Source: Elusimicrobiota bacterium (lineage in GTDB: Bacteria; CG03; SLGR01; JBDRKX01). From it: a stretch of 28,245 nt of DNA. The notes below the pieces were generated by a model, which was not told where the DNA came from, ran no database searches, and saw only the letters and a program-made list of their open reading frames with translations. The stretch spans positions 1-28,245 of the forward strand of contig JBDRKX010000094.1 in NCBI GenBank assembly GCA_043813605.1. The letters run 5' to 3'. Made by a program: the position numbers and the translations under genes. Shown piece after piece: positions 1-9,473 of this stretch. Every line of letters begins with the position of its first letter. Position 1 is the first letter of the stretch.

Positions 1-116
1 ACTATACCGGGCCGGTCTATACCATCAGTCTTGAGGTTGTCAGGCGCTGCCGGCGCGGCAGCCAGTAAGCCTGTTAAAGCAGATATTATAATTATAATAG
101 ATATAATATGTCTCAT
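1..116 (-). CDS. Secreted protein, 5' part only (runs off the window start)
   Basis: Manual translation from ATG at 116 gives MRHIISIIIIISALTGLLAAAPAAPDNLKTDGIDRPGI, open to the window edge. It has a signal-peptide-like N-terminus. Confidence 0.6.
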   Translation of the reverse strand, partial: MRHIISIIIIISALTGLLAAAPAAPDNLKTDGIDRPGI

Positions 117-198
117 TGTATAAATTTTAACATAGATGACCCTAAAAAACAACAATTTGATTTTTGCCATACTGCTTGTTATAATCTTTAGTTACGGT

Positions 199-651
199 AT
201 GAAAAGAGCGTTTATCGTTGATTTTATGCTGGGGCGGCTATGCCGATGGCTCCGGTTGATAGGTGAAGATGCCCTGTATTACAGGGAAGATGACGGAAAC
301 GGCATAATCTACAGTTCTTTGAGATCAAAGAGGATCATACTTACGCGCAATAGCAGATTGAGCATCAAAAGAGCGCTGAAGGTCTGTCTTATAAAAAGCG
401 ATGATTTCAGAAAACAGTTGAAACAGGTCATTGATGAATTCGGTATAAAAGTGATTCCCGAGAATATCTTTACCAGGTGTACACAATGTAACAGCATGCT
501 GGAGGAAATACCGAAAGGATCTGTAACAGGAAAAGTTCCTGATTATGTTTATAAAACACAGGAGAGATTTTCAGTTTGCAGGACCTGTTCAAAGATATAC
601 TGGAACGGTACGCACAGGGATCTGGTGAAAAAGGTTCTTGAAGAAAACTGA
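199..651 (+). CDS. Mut7-C RNase (PIN-like) domain protein
   Basis: Motifs FIVDFMLGRLCRWLRLIG, ILTRN and a Zn ribbon (RCTQCN...CRTCSKIYWNGTH). Start placed at ATG 199 rather than 136. Confidence 0.88.
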   Translation: MKRAFIVDFMLGRLCRWLRLIGEDALYYREDDGNGIIYSSLRSKRIILTRNSRLSIKRALKVCLIKSDDFRKQLKQVIDEFGIKVIPENIFTRCTQCNSMLEEIPKGSVTGKVPDYVYKTQERFSVCRTCSKIYWNGTHRDLVKKVLEEN

Positions 652-1286
652 TGCAGGTAACAGCTATAGAACATCAGAAATACAGGAGAGATGTCTATTC
701 CGTATATATAGACGGAAAAGAGGCTTTTACCCTGCACGGCAGGGTACTGGCTGATTCAGGATTGGAAAAAGATTCATTGATATCTCAAAGCCGGATAGAT
801 GAACTTGTCCAACTGGATGATTTCTTCAGTTCACTTGAATATGCAGAACTGTTGCTCTCCTACCGGAAGAGGAGCAAAAAAGAGTTGTTTGACAAGCTTA
901 CAGCCAAAGGATATTCACCTGGTATATGCGCAAAAGCGCTGAATGTCCTTGAAGAGAACGGAAGTGTTGATGACAGGGAATTCGCTTTATGGTGGATAAA
1001 GAGCCGGCGCGGTAACAGGCCTAAAGGCGATAATGCAATATACAGCGAGTTGATGAGAAAGGGTGTTTCTGCGGAATTGATAAATGAATCGGTTTCAATT
1101 ATCAACTCTGAAGAACCTCCGGATGAAGTCGAGCTTGCATGGAAAGCGTGTTCATCCATGCTGGAGAGTTACAGGAACCTGCCGCCAACGGCGGCAAGAA
1201 GAAGATTGACCGCCCTGTTGAAGAGAAGAGGATTCTCATGGGATGTTGTCAGGAAAATAGAAGACAGGTTTTTCAGTATATTTTAA
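651..1286 (+). CDS. recX: Regulatory protein RecX
   Basis: Motifs LLSYRKRSKKEL, VDDREFA, ELMRKGV and LKRRGFS. It lies upstream of alaS, a common context. Confidence 0.9.
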   Translation: MQVTAIEHQKYRRDVYSVYIDGKEAFTLHGRVLADSGLEKDSLISQSRIDELVQLDDFFSSLEYAELLLSYRKRSKKELFDKLTAKGYSPGICAKALNVLEENGSVDDREFALWWIKSRRGNRPKGDNAIYSELMRKGVSAELINESVSIINSEEPPDEVELAWKACSSMLESYRNLPPTAARRRLTALLKRRGFSWDVVRKIEDRFFSIF

Positions 1287-1322
1287 GAGGAAAATATAAG
1301 AGGAATATTTAAGAGGGACATT
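1284..1322 (+). repeat. Imperfect 13-bp tandem repeat x3
   Basis: TAAGAGGAAAATA / TAAGAGGAATATT / TAAGAGGGACATT. Confidence 0.7.
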
Positions 1323-1366
1323 TGGAAATATTATTGTTGAAAAATAATAAGGAAGTAAAAATCAAA

Positions 1367-1804
1367 GTGAAAAAATATGTCATTTTATCAGGAGTTGTTT
1401 TGTTTGCTGTTTCTACGGTTTTTGCATCTGACAGGTATTCGGAACTGCTGAAAGAAGGAACCGAAGCTGTCAACGCCGGAGAGAGCCAGAAGGCGGAAAC
1501 GGTTTTCTCCGGGCTTATAGAAAATGATCCTGCACGGCCTGAGGCTTATTTTGCCATGGCGGTTATGTATATTTCGAAAGGCGACCCGAAAACCGCAAAA
1601 AAATATCTTATAGAAAGCCTCGAAAAAGAGAGCGGATATGCACAGAGTTATTACCTGCTGGGCAGGGTAAGTGAAAAGCTTCAGGAATACGATGATGCTA
1701 TGCGGTATTATCTGAAGTACATTGAACTCGAACCGGATTCCCCAAGGAACGATAAAATCAGGAAAAGAATAGATTTCTTAAGAGAAAGAAAAGAGACATT
1801 ATGA
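1367..1804 (+). CDS. Secreted tetratricopeptide-repeat protein
   Basis: Signal peptide (MKKYVILSGVVLFAVSTVFA, GTG start at 1367). TPR-like helices EAYFAMAVMY and SYYLLGRV...YIELEPD. Confidence 0.8.
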   Translation: MKKYVILSGVVLFAVSTVFASDRYSELLKEGTEAVNAGESQKAETVFSGLIENDPARPEAYFAMAVMYISKGDPKTAKKYLIESLEKESGYAQSYYLLGRVSEKLQEYDDAMRYYLKYIELEPDSPRNDKIRKRIDFLRERKETL

Positions 1805-2337
1805 AAAGGCCTTTTTTGATCATACTGATATTAATGTGTGGTTGCGCCACTACACCTGCAGTCAAAAAAGGATTCAATTTCGGCAGTTACGGCAGAATAG
1901 GGGTTATTAAGTTCGTTTCGAACAGCAGTTACAGGGAAAGCGGTAATTCCGTTTCAGACGAGTTCATAAGACAGCTGATGAAGCGCGAAAAGCAGGTATT
2001 TGAAATAGTTAATCCTATGTCAGATTCCATATATTCGTATCAGATAATGGCGGGCGGCTATAAAGTGGACGGCATTATTACCGGTACTGTCACAAAATAT
2101 GTACCGGACGGAGAAGATACGGTTTATTTGAAAAACGATGAAGGTAAAATAGTATCAGAGATGTTTATCAAAGAATCAGAAGTGGGAGTAAGCGCTAAAT
2201 TCATAGATGGTGCGACCGGCGTGGTCTTGTGGTCGGACAGTTATACTTACAGCGGGTTTAGTGTTGACGATACGATAAACTCCGTTGTCAGTGTTATAGT
2301 CAGGAGATTGGAAAAAAACAGATATGAAAGAAAGTGA
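1801..2337 (+). CDS. Putative lipoprotein (CsgG/DUF799-like alpha/beta fold)
   Basis: Lipobox LMCGC, plus the patterns VDGIITGTV and AKFIDGATGVVLWS. Confidence 0.7.
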   Translation: MKRPFLIILILMCGCATTPAVKKGFNFGSYGRIGVIKFVSNSSYRESGNSVSDEFIRQLMKREKQVFEIVNPMSDSIYSYQIMAGGYKVDGIITGTVTKYVPDGEDTVYLKNDEGKIVSEMFIKESEVGVSAKFIDGATGVVLWSDSYTYSGFSVDDTINSVVSVIVRRLEKNRYERK

Positions 2338-4897
2338 GATAAGAGACAGATTTAAGAAATATTTCGAGGACAGGAAACATAAATGGTATTCTTCCATGCC
2401 GTTGGTGCCGCCCGATGATCCGAGTATGCTGTTTACGACAGCGGGGATGGTACAGTTTAAAAAACAGTTTCTCGGTGAAGCCGGAAAGCTCAAAAGAGCG
2501 GCATCCATACAGAAATGCCTGAGGACATCCGATATAGATGAAGTCGGTAAGACCTCGAGACACCTGACGTTTTTCGAGATGTACGGTAATTTTTCTTTTG
2601 GAGATTATTTTAAGGAAGAGGCGATAAAATGGGGATGGGAGTTCCTTGTTGAAGAAATGGGCCTTCCCGAACAAAAACTGCATGCCACCATTTACCAGGA
2701 TGACGATGAAGCCCATGATATATGGAAAAAGTATCTGCCTGATGAAAAGATACACCGGCTCGGTGAAAAAGACAATTTCTGGAAGATGGGAGATACCGGG
2801 CCGTGCGGTCCTTGTTCGGAAATATTATATGATCAGGGCCCTGAAAAAGGATGTAAAGAGCCCGACTGCAAGGTCGGATGTGAATGTGACAGGTATCTTG
2901 AAGTATGGAACCTGGTATTCACGCAGTTCGACCGGCAGGCTGACGGTACTCTAAATGATCTGCCCAAAAAAAATATAGATACAGGTATGGGGCTCGAAAG
3001 GCTTCACCAGGTAATAGCCGGCAAAGACAATGTATATGAGACTGCCGTGCTCAAGGCTATACTTGATGAGGTCGAGAAGGACGCTGACAGTTTTGGTATC
3101 TCATCAGGCCGTATAATCGCTGACCATGTCAGGTCAATAACTTTTCTTATCGGTGACGGTGTGTCACCTTCCAATGAGGGGCGGGGGTATGTGCTGAGAA
3201 GACTGATACGCAGGGCGTCAAGGGAAGGGAAAAAGTGCGGCTGGAACGAACCGATGCTCTGGAAATATACTGCTGCTGTTGTCGACCTGATGGGGGAGTA
3301 TTATCCCTATATTGTTGAAAGAGCGGGTCATATTGCAGCTGTATGCAAGATGGAAGAAGAGGCTTTTCTCAAGACTCTCGATGCTGCTATGCGGATACTC
3401 AAAGGCTATATCAGCGAAATGAAGAACTCAAAAGAAACAATGCTGTCGGCAGAGAATGCTTTCAAACTATATGACACCTATGGCTTGCCTGTTGATATAA
3501 CAAGGAATATACTCGATGAAAAAGGACTTGAAGTTGACATGAGCGGTTTTGCGAAACTTATGGAAGAAAGGGCAAAAAGTTCCGAATGGAAAGAGAAGGA
3601 GACAGCAGTCTCTTACTGGGATGAAGTAATGGATATTGAAAAAACGGTGTTTACGGGATATGAAAGTCTGAAAGAAACAGCAAAAATACTTAAGATCGTT
3701 GACCATGGAAAAGGGATAGTGCTCGACAGTACTCCCATGTATGCCGAGTCCGGCGGGCAGGTCGGGGATACCGGCGTGATCAAAGGAGACAACGGGTCGT
3801 TTATAATCAATAATACAATTAAGGAAGAGAATGTGTTCATACATACGGGCAAGCTTGAGGGGGAATTAAAAGAAGGTGATGAAGTGGAGGTCACAGTAGA
3901 CTATGACAGGCGGAAATCGATAGAAAGGAATCATACTGCAACGCATCTTCTGCAGAGCGGCCTGAGGGAGATACTAGGCGAGCATATACAGCAGAACGGT
4001 TCACTGGTAGAACCGGAAAGATTGAGGTTCGATTTTACGCATACAGAATCTGTTTCAAGAGAGCAGTTGGCGGATATCGAACTTAAAGTAAATAATAAAG
4101 TTTTACATAATTATTCCGTTATTATAAGGGAAATGAATATTGATGAAGCTAAAGAAAAAGGAGCCCTAGCATTCTTTGGCGAAAAATATTCCGATGTTGT
4201 CCGCACCATTACGATCAAGGATCCTGCTGCCGGCAAAAAGATCAGTATGGAACTCTGCGGCGGTACGCATGTAAAGAATACGGGTGAGATAGGTCTGGTC
4301 AAAGTGGTGTCAGAGACCGGCATAGCTGCCGGAGTAAGGAGGCTTGAGGCGGTTACCGGTATAAAAGCGGTAGAATATGTTCAGGAAATAGAATCAAAAA
4401 ACAAGGAGATCGCGGCTCTGCTCAACAGTCCTGAAGATAAGATAATAGAAAAATTAAACAAGATAAAAAAAGAATCCAAAGATAAAGACAAGAAAATAAA
4501 CCAGCTTGAAAACAAGCTTATCATGGGTTTCACAGGATCATTTAAACCGGATACCATGGATAGAAAAACCGGGAAAGCAGAACTTAATGTGTATAAACTT
4601 CCTCCTGACGCAAGAGTACCTGCATTAAGAAATGCGTGTGATAACTATACTAAAAAAGAAAAAAAAGTTGCTGTTGCAGTCACTAAGTCTGACGGACGTG
4701 TCACAGTAATTGTGAAAATATCAAAAGACCTTACAGAAAAATATGATGCCAGGGAAATATTAAATAAGATAACACCATTGATAAACGGGAGCGGCGGCGG
4801 CAAATGGGATATGGCGCAGGGCGGCGGGAATTCAGAAAAAGATTTAGATACAATCGTAAAAGAAATATACGAGGTGGGAATAAACTATATCAGTTAA
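2324..4897 (+). CDS. alaS: Alanine--tRNA ligase
   Basis: Motifs LFTTAGMVQFK, RHLTFFEM, GPCGPCSEI, IDTGMGLER, editing motifs HTATH and ELCGGTH, and C-terminal GGG..MAQGGG. Confidence 0.99.
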   Translation: MKESEIRDRFKKYFEDRKHKWYSSMPLVPPDDPSMLFTTAGMVQFKKQFLGEAGKLKRAASIQKCLRTSDIDEVGKTSRHLTFFEMYGNFSFGDYFKEEAIKWGWEFLVEEMGLPEQKLHATIYQDDDEAHDIWKKYLPDEKIHRLGEKDNFWKMGDTGPCGPCSEILYDQGPEKGCKEPDCKVGCECDRYLEVWNLVFTQFDRQADGTLNDLPKKNIDTGMGLERLHQVIAGKDNVYETAVLKAILDEVEKDADSFGISSGRIIADHVRSITFLIGDGVSPSNEGRGYVLRRLIRRASREGKKCGWNEPMLWKYTAAVVDLMGEYYPYIVERAGHIAAVCKMEEEAFLKTLDAAMRILKGYISEMKNSKETMLSAENAFKLYDTYGLPVDITRNILDEKGLEVDMSGFAKLMEERAKSSEWKEKETAVSYWDEVMDIEKTVFTGYESLKETAKILKIVDHGKGIVLDSTPMYAESGGQVGDTGVIKGDNGSFIINNTIKEENVFIHTGKLEGELKEGDEVEVTVDYDRRKSIERNHTATHLLQSGLREILGEHIQQNGSLVEPERLRFDFTHTESVSREQLADIELKVNNKVLHNYSVIIREMNIDEAKEKGALAFFGEKYSDVVRTITIKDPAAGKKISMELCGGTHVKNTGEIGLVKVVSETGIAAGVRRLEAVTGIKAVEYVQEIESKNKEIAALLNSPEDKIIEKLNKIKKESKDKDKKINQLENKLIMGFTGSFKPDTMDRKTGKAELNVYKLPPDARVPALRNACDNYTKKEKKVAVAVTKSDGRVTVIVKISKDLTEKYDAREILNKITPLINGSGGGKWDMAQGGGNSEKDLDTIVKEIYEVGINYIS

Positions 4898-4902
4898 GAA
4901 AA

Positions 4903-4979
4903 GCGCCCGTAGCTCAGCTGGATAGAGCGCATGCCTCCGGAGCATGAGGCCGCAGGTTCGAATCCTGCCGGGCGCGCCA
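4903..4979 (+). tRNA. tRNA-Arg (anticodon CCG)
   Basis: Acceptor GCGCCCG/CGGGCGC, anticodon arm CATGC-CTCCGGA-GCATG, T-loop TTCGAAT, encoded CCA. Confidence 0.97.
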
Positions 4980-5116
4980 AAGGATCGGGACAGGATGAGA
5001 AGGGAATTTTGCGCCTGCAGTGCATGAAAAGAGCGGAGCTCGTCAGAAAAATTCCCCGTCCGAAAGCGGCCGGGAGGTGTGGAGGACGGTAAGGAAGAAT
5101 CCTGCCGGGCGCGCCA
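4980..5116 (+). repeat. tRNA-linked element: 117-bp structured spacer plus 20-bp direct repeat of the tRNA-Arg 3' end
   Basis: GAATCCTGCCGGGCGCGCCA occurs at 4960-4979 and again at 5097-5116. The spacer contains inverted repeats. Confidence 0.85.
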
Positions 5117-5138
5117 TTATTTATGGAAAAAATAGAGA

Positions 5139-5633
5139 ATGAATAATAATAATCCTGAATTTGAAGAGTTTTCAAACAAAAACCGTTCGAAGAAGATCGT
5201 AGGCGTGATAGGCGGCGCGAGAGTGGAAAAAGAGATCTATTCGTTAGCGAGGGAACTGGGTAGAAAAATTGCTGCAAGCGGTCATATACTGGTATGCGGT
5301 GGTCTTGGAGGAGTGATGGAAGCGGCCTGCCGCGGTGCGCACGAGTCCGGCGGCATAACTGTAGGTATACTCCCGGGAAATTCAGCGGCTACAGCTAATC
5401 CTTATGTCACCATACCGGTTGTCACAGCTATGAGCCATGCGAGGAATGCCATTATAGTAAGGACTGCCGATATACTTGTAGCCGTAGACGGAAAATACGG
5501 TACATTGTCGGAGATAGCGCTGGCTAAAGCAATCGGAAAAAGGGTGATAGGGTTATACACATGGGATGAAGTGCCGGGAGTCGAGGCGGTAGATTCAGTT
5601 GAAGAAGCGCTGGCGGAGATAAATGCGACATGA
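5139..5633 (+). CDS. LOG/SLOG-family Rossmann-fold protein (TIGR00725-like)
   Basis: Motifs VCGGLGGVMEAACRGA, GILPG, ARNAIIV and GTLSEIALA. The start codon is uncertain. Confidence 0.9.
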   Translation: MNNNNPEFEEFSNKNRSKKIVGVIGGARVEKEIYSLARELGRKIAASGHILVCGGLGGVMEAACRGAHESGGITVGILPGNSAATANPYVTIPVVTAMSHARNAIIVRTADILVAVDGKYGTLSEIALAKAIGKRVIGLYTWDEVPGVEAVDSVEEALAEINAT

Positions 5634-6067
5634 AAGCTGTGATACAGAGGGTGAATCGTGCCAGCGTGGCATGCGGTAAAGACAGGAGAGAGACAGGTGC
5701 GGGGCTGATGGTCCTTGTTGCAGTGGGAAAATACGACACGCTGGAAGACATAGATTTTATCGTTGACAGAACAGTAAACCTGAGAATATTTTCTGATGAT
5801 GAAGGAAAACTCAACCTATCGGTAATTGATACCGGAGGAGAGATACTTGCCGTACCGCAGTTTACACTTTACGGTGACTGCAGAAAGGGCCGCCGGCCCA
5901 GTTTCGAGAAAAGCGCCGGCAGAGATAAAGGTGAGGAATACTTCAATATCTATATTGACAGGTTGAGAGATTCCGGAATAACCGTTCTAACAGGATTTTT
6001 TGGTAAGGAAATGACGGTCGAACTCGAAAACAACGGGCCGGTCACTATTGTTGTCGAAAATTGTTAA
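5630..6067 (+). CDS. dtd: D-aminoacyl-tRNA deacylase
   Basis: Motifs MKAVIQRV, NLRIF, PQFTL and NNGPVT (Gly-cisPro motif). Confidence 0.97.
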   Translation: MKAVIQRVNRASVACGKDRRETGAGLMVLVAVGKYDTLEDIDFIVDRTVNLRIFSDDEGKLNLSVIDTGGEILAVPQFTLYGDCRKGRRPSFEKSAGRDKGEEYFNIYIDRLRDSGITVLTGFFGKEMTVELENNGPVTIVVENC

Positions 6068-7968
6068 TCAGACGAATACCGTTTAATACTGAGGAAACCA
6101 GGAATCTGAATGTCTTCCTGGTTTTTGTAATTCTGTCAGCATTGGTGCACACTTACTTCCTGCCGCCTGTTAACATAGAAACCCGCCGCCTGACGCACCT
6201 GCATTATCACTTCGTAAATTTTTTTGTTAAAGGAAGCCGGGATATTTTCAAGGACGCCGGCGCGGCTGCAAGTGTTTATTTTAACGGTGTTACTTTAAAG
6301 GGTATCGGGGGGGATACCAGTGTAAAGCTCAAATACGACGAGGATGAAGACGGATGGCGCGGCAGGTTCCCGGTACCCTGGGGCGCAAAAGAGGGAGCAT
6401 ATACCGTAAAACTCCACAGCTCCGGGAAAAAGATCGGACTGGAGGACATATTTTTTGTGAAAACACGGGTACCGCAGTATGCTTTTGAAACTCCGCTGAA
6501 AATAATGAATCTGGAGAGCATGAAAAGACTTAGAAGTTATAAGATAGTCACTCCGGAAGGAAAAGAAACCGGTTATGAGGGTATCTATGACTGGATCAGG
6601 TATATAGGAGGTAATACCTTATGGTATCTCAGCGGACAGACCTCATCGTATACCGAAGGAGACCTGAAAGAAGATTATCCCTGGGTAAAGGACAATCTGG
6701 AAACTTTGAAGAAGTTTTCTGAAGAAACAAGAAAGCGCGGTATTGATTTCGGAGCCTGGATAAGCTGTTACATGGTATTCGGCAATAAGAACCTCAAACC
6801 TGACTGGTATGATTACAGTTACAAGTACAAAAAGTCGAGCGGCAGGGTCTATGAAACCGACGGTATATCTATTCTTGATAAGAGAAGGTTAAATGACATT
6901 GCCGCTCTTTTACAGGAACTGAATGATATGGAGTCAGTAAGTTATATAGGGCTTGATTACATAAGGCCTGCCGGCGGCGGACTTGATCTGGTTGACGAGT
7001 TTATAAGTGCTATGGAAATAGATGTACCTGAAGGCTGGAATGAACTTACAAAAAATGAGAGGATGTTATGGCTGGGTAAGATTGTAACGCGTTCTGATAA
7101 CAGGAATACACCTGTGATAGATAAATGGAACTGGTGGCGTGCTCAGAGGATGGCTAAAATAATCCGTCTTTTAAGGGAAAAAGTGCCGTTTAAGAAACCG
7201 CTATGGACTTTTGTTTTAAGCTGGGAACTGGGGCATCAGCACGGACAGGATCCGATAATGTTCCAGGATGCCGGAAGCGACCTTATCGCGGTCATGATGT
7301 ACGAAGCGGATGCAGTACGGTTTGACCATATAATCGGAGAATGGCGGGATTACCTCGAGGGATTTAAGGTGAATATTGCGATGGGAAACCAGATAGACTG
7401 GGTATTGCATCAATACTCTGTTTATCCGTCAGGCCCATCCGAATATGCAAGGCGCCTGGATGACAGTATAGAGAATATTCTCAGTTCAGGAAACCTTAAG
7501 GGGATCTTTATACATGATTTCGCAAGGGCGATGTGGGGAAGAAAAGGGCCTTACGAATCTATGGAATGGCTTTCTACAGTGTCACGCACATATTCAAAAT
7601 TAAACAGTGATCCGCGGATGATGATCAGTATCGATGTTCCGGAAAAGATCCCAGCCGGCAAAAAAGTAAAAGCAGTATTGAATATAAAGAACCTTACGGA
7701 AGAAAAGCTGGAGAATATAAGAGTAGAATTTCCTTCTGTTGACGGAGTTACAATATGGCCTGTCGGGAATTCAATCAGGGAACTTGAAGGAAACGGATCT
7801 TCGAAAATCGAATTTGATATTATGATAAAAGGAAAACCGGAAATGAGGATGGGCCGGTATATGGTGGCTGCCCGGGTGTTGTGCGGCGATAAGGATGATG
7901 TTTACAGTGATTTTGCATATTTGTGGGTGGCAGGTATACCTTCGGACACATGGAGTATTTACAGATGA
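6061..7968 (+). CDS. Membrane-anchored hypothetical protein, possible glycoside-hydrolase-like barrel flanked by Ig-like domains
   Basis: 635-aa ORF in operon context with an N-terminal hydrophobic helix, central GLDYIRP and IDKWNWWRA, and a beta-rich C-terminus. The function is inference and the start is uncertain. Confidence 0.6.
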   Translation: MLIRRIPFNTEETRNLNVFLVFVILSALVHTYFLPPVNIETRRLTHLHYHFVNFFVKGSRDIFKDAGAAASVYFNGVTLKGIGGDTSVKLKYDEDEDGWRGRFPVPWGAKEGAYTVKLHSSGKKIGLEDIFFVKTRVPQYAFETPLKIMNLESMKRLRSYKIVTPEGKETGYEGIYDWIRYIGGNTLWYLSGQTSSYTEGDLKEDYPWVKDNLETLKKFSEETRKRGIDFGAWISCYMVFGNKNLKPDWYDYSYKYKKSSGRVYETDGISILDKRRLNDIAALLQELNDMESVSYIGLDYIRPAGGGLDLVDEFISAMEIDVPEGWNELTKNERMLWLGKIVTRSDNRNTPVIDKWNWWRAQRMAKIIRLLREKVPFKKPLWTFVLSWELGHQHGQDPIMFQDAGSDLIAVMMYEADAVRFDHIIGEWRDYLEGFKVNIAMGNQIDWVLHQYSVYPSGPSEYARRLDDSIENILSSGNLKGIFIHDFARAMWGRKGPYESMEWLSTVSRTYSKLNSDPRMMISIDVPEKIPAGKKVKAVLNIKNLTEEKLENIRVEFPSVDGVTIWPVGNSIRELEGNGSSKIEFDIMIKGKPEMRMGRYMVAARVLCGDKDDVYSDFAYLWVAGIPSDTWSIYR

Positions 7969-9473
7969 GAAGGAGTCTTTATGTTATTGCTGTCGCTTTT
8001 TTTATTTCTGCATGCGGAGCGGCTGTGAATGAAACCGGGAGAAAGAACCGGGTATCGGCTGTGGCTGGCCAGTTCTATCCGGCGGATCCTGGAAAACTAT
8101 CGGATATGATAGATGAATTCATGAAGATTGCAAAAGAAAAAGTCCCCGAAGTCACTGATATCGGGGGTATAATAGTTCCTCATGCAGGATATATATATTC
8201 CGGCAGGACTGCCGGTTATGGTTTTTCTCCGGTTAAAAACAGGGAATTCTCTACTGTTATACTGCTGGGTCCCAGCCATCACCGGTTCCTTGGAAAACCG
8301 ACAGTATCCACTTTTAGGACATGGGAAACACCGTTCGGTAAAGTTGAAGTAGATAATGGATTATTAAAAGATATTAAAGAAAATCCGGGGTTTTCAATAG
8401 ATGATTCAATTTTTGTACCTGAACACAGCCTTGAAGTCGAAGTACCTTTTATGCAGAAATCCTTAAAGAAAGGTTTCAGGTTACTGCCTATACTTATCAA
8501 TGAATTCTCTGTTGATAAGCTCAAGCCGTATTCCCGGGAACTTGCGGATATTTTAAAAAAAAGGGAAAAGATACTTTTTGTTATGTCGACAGACATGTCG
8601 CATTATTTCAATGCCGGAACAGCCCGTGAGATGGATAAAAAGGTGATTGATGCCATCAAACATAACGATCTCAATAAACTGGAAGAAATACTTGTCAAAA
8701 AAGACGGACAGCTCTGCGGTGCGGGAGGAGTTATGCTCGGACTTTTAACATTGAAAGAACTCGGATACTCCGGAATAGCGTTTCTTGATTATTCGCATTC
8801 AGGCATGGTTTCCGGCGATAATTCAAGAGTTGTAGGATACGGGGCATTTGTCGTATACAGGCAGCCGGAAAAAATAAATCGGAAATTGCCTGGAAACCAG
8901 GAGGAAGAAATGGGATATACCAGAGAACAGAAAGTGAGGCTCCTCGAAATAGCAAGAGATTCGATGACGTCTTATATTACCAAAGGAAAGAAAATTGACA
9001 TAAAAGTCGAAGACAGTGAGCTGGCAGAAAAGCGAGGCGCTTTTGTAACGCTCCATATGAACGGCCGCCTGCGCGGCTGTATAGGAAGCATTATGCCGGT
9101 GGATGAACTTTATCTGACCATACGTGATATGGCTGTACAGTCATCTACGAGGGATCCGCGTTTTCCGTCAGTGACTGAAAACGAACTGGAACATATAGAA
9201 ATAGAAATATCTGTTCTTACTGTACCGAAAAAAGTATCAGGGAGTGAAGAAATTGTTATCGGAAGGGACGGTGTTATTGTAAAGAAAGGCTTTCATCAGG
9301 GCGTTTATCTCCCGCAGGTAGCGGATGAAACAGGCTGGAGTAAGGATGAGTTCCTCAGCAGTCTCTGTTATTCAAAAGCGGGTCTCCCGAAAGATGCATG
9401 GAAAGATCCTGAAACGGAATTATACACATTTCAGGCGGAAGTATTCAATGAAAAGGAGATGAATATAAGATGA
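7965..9473 (+). CDS. AmmeMemoRadiSam protein B (Memo) / protein A (AMMECR1) fusion
   Basis: Memo motifs AVAGQFYP, VPHAGYIYSG, GPSH, EHSLEV, STDMSHY and VVGY. AMMECR1 motifs GAFVTL, LRGCIG, DPRF and YLPQVA. ATG 7965 overlaps the upstream stop (ATGA). Confidence 0.93.
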   Translation: MRRSLYVIAVAFFISACGAAVNETGRKNRVSAVAGQFYPADPGKLSDMIDEFMKIAKEKVPEVTDIGGIIVPHAGYIYSGRTAGYGFSPVKNREFSTVILLGPSHHRFLGKPTVSTFRTWETPFGKVEVDNGLLKDIKENPGFSIDDSIFVPEHSLEVEVPFMQKSLKKGFRLLPILINEFSVDKLKPYSRELADILKKREKILFVMSTDMSHYFNAGTAREMDKKVIDAIKHNDLNKLEEILVKKDGQLCGAGGVMLGLLTLKELGYSGIAFLDYSHSGMVSGDNSRVVGYGAFVVYRQPEKINRKLPGNQEEEMGYTREQKVRLLEIARDSMTSYITKGKKIDIKVEDSELAEKRGAFVTLHMNGRLRGCIGSIMPVDELYLTIRDMAVQSSTRDPRFPSVTENELEHIEIEISVLTVPKKVSGSEEIVIGRDGVIVKKGFHQGVYLPQVADETGWSKDEFLSSLCYSKAGLPKDAWKDPETELYTFQAEVFNEKEMNIR

